A DNA stretch of 64,000 bases from Promethearchaeota archaeon (GTDB taxonomy: Archaea > Asgardarchaeota > Lokiarchaeia > Sigyniarchaeales > SOKP01), in contig JAFGOA010000223.1 of assembly GCA_016926735.1 (NCBI GenBank), forward strand, positions 31,276 to 95,275. Direction: 5' to 3'. This document shows positions 60,041-64,000 of this stretch, piece after piece. A model generated the notes under the pieces. That model made no database searches. It was not told the DNA's origin and saw only the letters and a program-made list of their open reading frames with translations. Numbering within the stretch: position 1 is the stretch's first letter; every line of letters starts with the position of its first letter. The position numbers were made by a program, and so were the translations under genes.

Positions 60041-62446
60041 ATGTTAGTTATGAAACAAAACAGTAAAATTAAATATACATTATTTTTACTTGGCATGCTG
60101 TTGATAACAATCCCTAACTTTACACCTCTGTTATCAGCAAATTATGGAATAGATTCGTCTAAAACAGATGAATTAGAAAAAATTACATTTAACCCCGCTT
60201 ATACTAATGATGATGATAAAAAATACATCTTTCTCTATGATGCAGATTATAATCAAATCTATGTTACAGCTTTTAGAAAAGTATCTTCTTTTACGATATT
60301 AAATACTCAAGTCCCTTGGAATCTTGAACATCTTGATTATATAATTATAGTTAATACAGATTCTTCAAATGATGGTGATGCTGATGATTGGAAGTTAAAA
60401 TCTGTGAAAATATATGATAAATATCGGGGTATCGTTATACCAACAGGTCCGGGTCAAGTTTACCAACACAATCCTACACTAAGTTATAATAATAATGTGG
60501 AATTTGGTGAATATTGGGATCAAAAAGATGGAGATACTGCAATATTAACGCTGAAGGTAACTTCGACATCAATGAAATCTGATTCAAATAAAAATAATCT
60601 ACTTTTTAATTCTGATGGATTTATTTCTCTCTATAAATATGATGATGTAGAAGCATTTAAAAAATCTATACAACAAACATTATTCAATATAAAGGCTCAA
60701 ATTTATAAAGAACAAATCCCATCGGATATTCCAACTATTCGAAGAGGATTATGTGTTGTTACCGATTTCTATGATTTCAAGTTAGAGCAACTTGATACAT
60801 CAATTAATTCTATTGGAGAAATTCGAACTCTTCTTGATACGAGTAAAGCACAATGGGAGCAGATGTCCCAACGAAAAGAATCCACCGTATGGGATATAAT
60901 CCGTATGCGATTACCTCAAAAATTGACTCAAAATGCATTTGAACATCCAACGTTTTATCGAGAATGGGTTATAAATACGCTTCAACAGCAATTAGGTAAA
61001 TTACTAACAAATTGTAATCTAATTTATATTATTCCCTCAGCACCAGTAAATCGCTATTCTTTTGATATTATTCTTGATGGATTATCTATAGATGGCGGTT
61101 TTAAGAATTTTATTCTTAATTTGGCTAGCTCTAGGACTATTCCTGAATTTATAAATTATAAATGGGGTTATGCTTTAGATCAAATCTATTTAGGAAATTA
61201 TGACGAAACCTTACAAGAATTTTCTTTAATGTCAGGAAAATTTGGTGTAAGTTCTACAAACATTATGTTTTCTGCATTCGAAAAAATAAAACTAGGATGG
61301 GTTAATCCTCAAATCATTACTAAATCAACAAATGATATTGAGTTACGTCCTGCAGAACAATATTTAGAGGTTGTTAAAATATCGGTATCACCAACAGAAT
61401 ATTTTCTAGTAGAATATCGTCAAAAACCTGATTTATCTAATAGTTTTGAATTTGATGGGTTAGTCGTTTATTATATTAATGAATCTGTATTACCCTCTGA
61501 TTCTGGTAGAATATTTATACGCCCTGATGTTCATATTCAAACAGTTTCTGCAAGAGATTACCCTGAAGCAGTAGAACCCATAGATGTATGGTATCCGGAT
61601 AATCCTGAAAGTCCTGGAATGTTAGATGTTTATTTTATGCATAATGCATATATTTCTGGTTTTCGAATGGAAAACCTTACTTGGTCAGAGGAGGGTATTC
61701 TTTTTGATATAAAGATTACATTGAACGAAGATTATGAACCCCCTCTCACACCTGAAAATCCGAATCCGAATCCAGAAGCTGAAAAAATAGCTGTATTTCT
61801 CTGGGATTCTAGTGTTGATCAAAGGGAACACATGGAAACTTATGAATCTATGTTAAGAACGAGGGGATATAGTGTTTTTATTTATATGGAAGATTGTCCA
61901 GATTTTGATGCATTTTTCAGTGAAATTGATGAGCGAGAGGGACCAGAAGATACTATCTTTATCTATATGCATGGTCATGGTTCTTATACTTGGAATGAAG
62001 ACAATCATCAATATGATTCTCGGGTGGGTGTATCTAATCATCCTTTATATTCAAGTAATTTAAGAACATATTTTGACCAATTTGAGGCTGAAAATAAAGC
62101 ATTTTTTACCGCAGCATGTCATTCAGGGGGATTTGTAGAGGACTTTAAAGGAAGTGATGTATTTGCAATGTCATCATCTTGTATTTCTGAAATGAGCACA
62201 GCTAATAGACTTCATCCAAAAGGTGAAAATGTTATTTTCGGTCATTTTGTCCGTGTTTTAGAAAGAAAAAGATTTGATGGCTCCTTTAGAAAATCTGGTG
62301 TAACTGCATTTAACTGGGCAAAACAATTTGGTCAAGGTTGGGGAATTGGTCTATGTTTTTACCCTAGTGGTATATTTTGTTATCCAATGATGCCAAGTTA
62401 TCCTCAAATGTATTGTGGAAATGATTATTATCAAAATAATTTTTAA
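60041..62446 (+). CDS. secreted multidomain protein with C-terminal clan-CD (legumain/gingipain-like) cysteine peptidase domain
   Basis: Signal-like N-terminus. The central region resembles M6/InhA-type peptidase accessory regions, but no HExxH was seen. The C-terminus has IFIYMHGHGS ... AFFTAACHSGGF, a His-Gly / Ala-Cys catalytic dyad following hydrophobic strands. Confidence 0.55.
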   Translation: MLVMKQNSKIKYTLFLLGMLLITIPNFTPLLSANYGIDSSKTDELEKITFNPAYTNDDDKKYIFLYDADYNQIYVTAFRKVSSFTILNTQVPWNLEHLDYIIIVNTDSSNDGDADDWKLKSVKIYDKYRGIVIPTGPGQVYQHNPTLSYNNNVEFGEYWDQKDGDTAILTLKVTSTSMKSDSNKNNLLFNSDGFISLYKYDDVEAFKKSIQQTLFNIKAQIYKEQIPSDIPTIRRGLCVVTDFYDFKLEQLDTSINSIGEIRTLLDTSKAQWEQMSQRKESTVWDIIRMRLPQKLTQNAFEHPTFYREWVINTLQQQLGKLLTNCNLIYIIPSAPVNRYSFDIILDGLSIDGGFKNFILNLASSRTIPEFINYKWGYALDQIYLGNYDETLQEFSLMSGKFGVSSTNIMFSAFEKIKLGWVNPQIITKSTNDIELRPAEQYLEVVKISVSPTEYFLVEYRQKPDLSNSFEFDGLVVYYINESVLPSDSGRIFIRPDVHIQTVSARDYPEAVEPIDVWYPDNPESPGMLDVYFMHNAYISGFRMENLTWSEEGILFDIKITLNEDYEPPLTPENPNPNPEAEKIAVFLWDSSVDQREHMETYESMLRTRGYSVFIYMEDCPDFDAFFSEIDEREGPEDTIFIYMHGHGSYTWNEDNHQYDSRVGVSNHPLYSSNLRTYFDQFEAENKAFFTAACHSGGFVEDFKGSDVFAMSSSCISEMSTANRLHPKGENVIFGHFVRVLERKRFDGSFRKSGVTAFNWAKQFGQGWGIGLCFYPSGIFCYPMMPSYPQMYCGNDYYQNNF

Positions 62447-62607
62447 TTCTTTTTTTATTTTTATCTTTCTATATTATAAAACGTAGAAAGTCCTATATAA
62501 AACAAAAAGTGACAATTATAAATGTTTAATATGAAAAGATAATGAATATTGGGAAAAATTTTTTAAATTACTCCGAAAAGATGTTAATCTAAAAAAAATA
62601 AAAAGAA

Positions 62608-63711
62608 TTAATTTTTTACTTTTGATGCTTTTTTTTGTTCTAAAAATGTATTTTCTAAAACTGTTAGATATTCAGATAAAACTTTATCAGCTTTTGACTT
62701 TTGTACATATTCTCTTTTTATAATATTCAATATATATTTAGGAAATAGCTTGTTTACATAGAAATCTGATAATAATGCATAATATTCATTGTTATCCTTA
62801 TCTTGAAATACTTGAATCATTTGATTATTCCATAATTTTTTAAGTACATCACTAACATTTTCTACTCCTTTTTTTTTGAGTTTTTCTAACTCACTCCTTG
62901 TTACAACTGCTGTACGTAATAATCTAATTGTTTCATAAACCTCAGGATCACTTAGAATATTAATAATACTTAAATTATCTTCTTCTGAAGGTCTATAATT
63001 CTGGAAGAATTTTCGACATTCAACAATAAAATCTTCTGATAATTGAGCTGGTAAGCCTTTTTCCGTAGGATTATTAATTAATTCTTCTGGTGGGATTCGC
63101 ATCATAAATATATCATTCGTAAGAAATATTAATTCAGAGGGCATACCTTTAACAGATGCTTCCTTAATAATTTCTTGTTTTATAAGCTCGATTACTATAC
63201 CCTCTAAATCAACAAAACCATGCTTATATTGATCTTTCAACCAAATACTTAATTCCGATTTTGAAATAACACCTTCTTCTCTTAATCGTTTAATAATCAT
63301 ACGTTTTATTTCTTCTCCATATGTAATTGCCAGTTTTTGTTCTTCTCTATATGTAGGATATACAGATAATCTACGGAATAAAGTTGGTACCATATTTAGA
63401 TACACATCTTCATCTATGTTCAAAAGAACCGTCCTCGCAACATCGGTTAACCCTCCCTCATATGCATCAGGATCTTCATCAATATTTAGTAATAGAATCA
63501 AATAATACCCTGTATTTGGTCCTGTATAGTATGAAGCAATATTTAATGATCCAATCATTAAACTTATCATTCCCGATTCTCCTCCATATTCATGAGTTGA
63601 ATAGATCTGCATAAGCGTTTTATCATTTACAGAAATTTCAGGAGGGAATTTAGCTAGAATTTCTGTACCTATTCTTTCATCCCATCTCATGATCACAATA
63701 CCAACTGGCAT
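62608..63711 (-). CDS. hypothetical protein (N-terminal alpha/beta domain, C-terminal winged-helix-like repeats?)
   Basis: 367 aa. GGAGGTG lies just upstream of the ATG, which overlaps the upstream gene's stop (ATAATG). Confidence 0.5.
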   Translation of the reverse strand: MPVGIVIMRWDERIGTEILAKFPPEISVNDKTLMQIYSTHEYGGESGMISLMIGSLNIASYYTGPNTGYYLILLLNIDEDPDAYEGGLTDVARTVLLNIDEDVYLNMVPTLFRRLSVYPTYREEQKLAITYGEEIKRMIIKRLREEGVISKSELSIWLKDQYKHGFVDLEGIVIELIKQEIIKEASVKGMPSELIFLTNDIFMMRIPPEELINNPTEKGLPAQLSEDFIVECRKFFQNYRPSEEDNLSIINILSDPEVYETIRLLRTAVVTRSELEKLKKKGVENVSDVLKKLWNNQMIQVFQDKDNNEYYALLSDFYVNKLFPKYILNIIKREYVQKSKADKVLSEYLTVLENTFLEQKKASKVKN

Positions 63712-63998
63712 TATTTAACACCTCCAGATTTTTTTTCTTCATATTTTTTCATTTTTTTTCCCTCAAGCCTTAAAGTATCTTCTAAAGATAATCCAAGTTT
63801 TTTCCATTTATCTCCAAGAATTTTTGCAATAAAAAATTCTTTAGAGGGATATAGAGTAGAATCAGAAATTGTTTTATTTGAATTAATTTCTTTCTTTAAT
63901 TTTCTCGATTTCTTAATAAACTCTGGGATTCTTGCTATTTGTATATATCTATATCCTACTAAACTCCCAGTTATTGCACCAATACCTATAACTATCAT
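63711..63998 (-). CDS. small N-terminally membrane-anchored protein, possibly truncated by the window edge
   Basis: 95-aa ORF with one TM helix (IVIGIGAITGSLVGY). Translationally coupled to 62608..63711. Confidence 0.4.
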   Translation of the reverse strand: MIVIGIGAITGSLVGYRYIQIARIPEFIKKSRKLKKEINSNKTISDSTLYPSKEFFIAKILGDKWKKLGLSLEDTLRLEGKKMKKYEEKKSGGVK

Positions 63999-64000
63999 TA

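Noticed and set aside
1-64000. CRISPR arrays, rRNA genes, further tRNAs, C/D-box sRNAs
   Set aside because: No regularly spaced direct repeats, no GC-rich structured islands other than the tRNA-His locus, and no intergenic RTGATGA...CTGA pairs were noticed. A by-eye scan could miss small RNAs.

Overview
Strongly AT-rich archaeal chromosomal segment, densely coding on both strands. The gene content includes HdrA and MvhD/VhuD with in-frame TGA at conserved Cys positions, a tungsten-type aldehyde:ferredoxin oxidoreductase, an archaeal AMP phosphorylase and an ATP-dependent DNA ligase. It also includes HypB, a Rag/Gtr-like small GTPase, a gelsolin-like protein and TnpB. By inference only, this fits an anaerobic Asgard (Lokiarchaeia-like) archaeon. 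Housekeeping blocks are hisG-hisD-hisC, hisS, pyrF, htpG and feoA-feoA-feoB. A metallocluster-type island (22.7-27.9 kb) carries IscU-like, Mrp, three NifX-like, two MinD-ferredoxin ATPases, DUF5320 and DUF134, and all its promoters share one palindrome. An accessory islet (5.4-10.7 kb) carries TnpB, an Abi_C/HEPN-like protein and a LAGLIDADG endonuclease. The most interesting signal is a set of five 29-32 nt inserts that all fold into the same bulge-helix-bulge (BHB) splice-substrate geometry. Two are at non-canonical positions in tRNA-His. Three interrupt protein-coding genes, one in AMP phosphorylase and two in a DhnA-type class I aldolase, with stop codons or a frameshift. Removing each at the bulges restores frame and a conserved active-site motif. 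The aldolase also carries an exon-precise duplication of its last exon flanking the LAGLIDADG gene. No rRNA genes or CRISPR arrays were seen. Everything here comes from reading the sequence; no database search or folding program was run.
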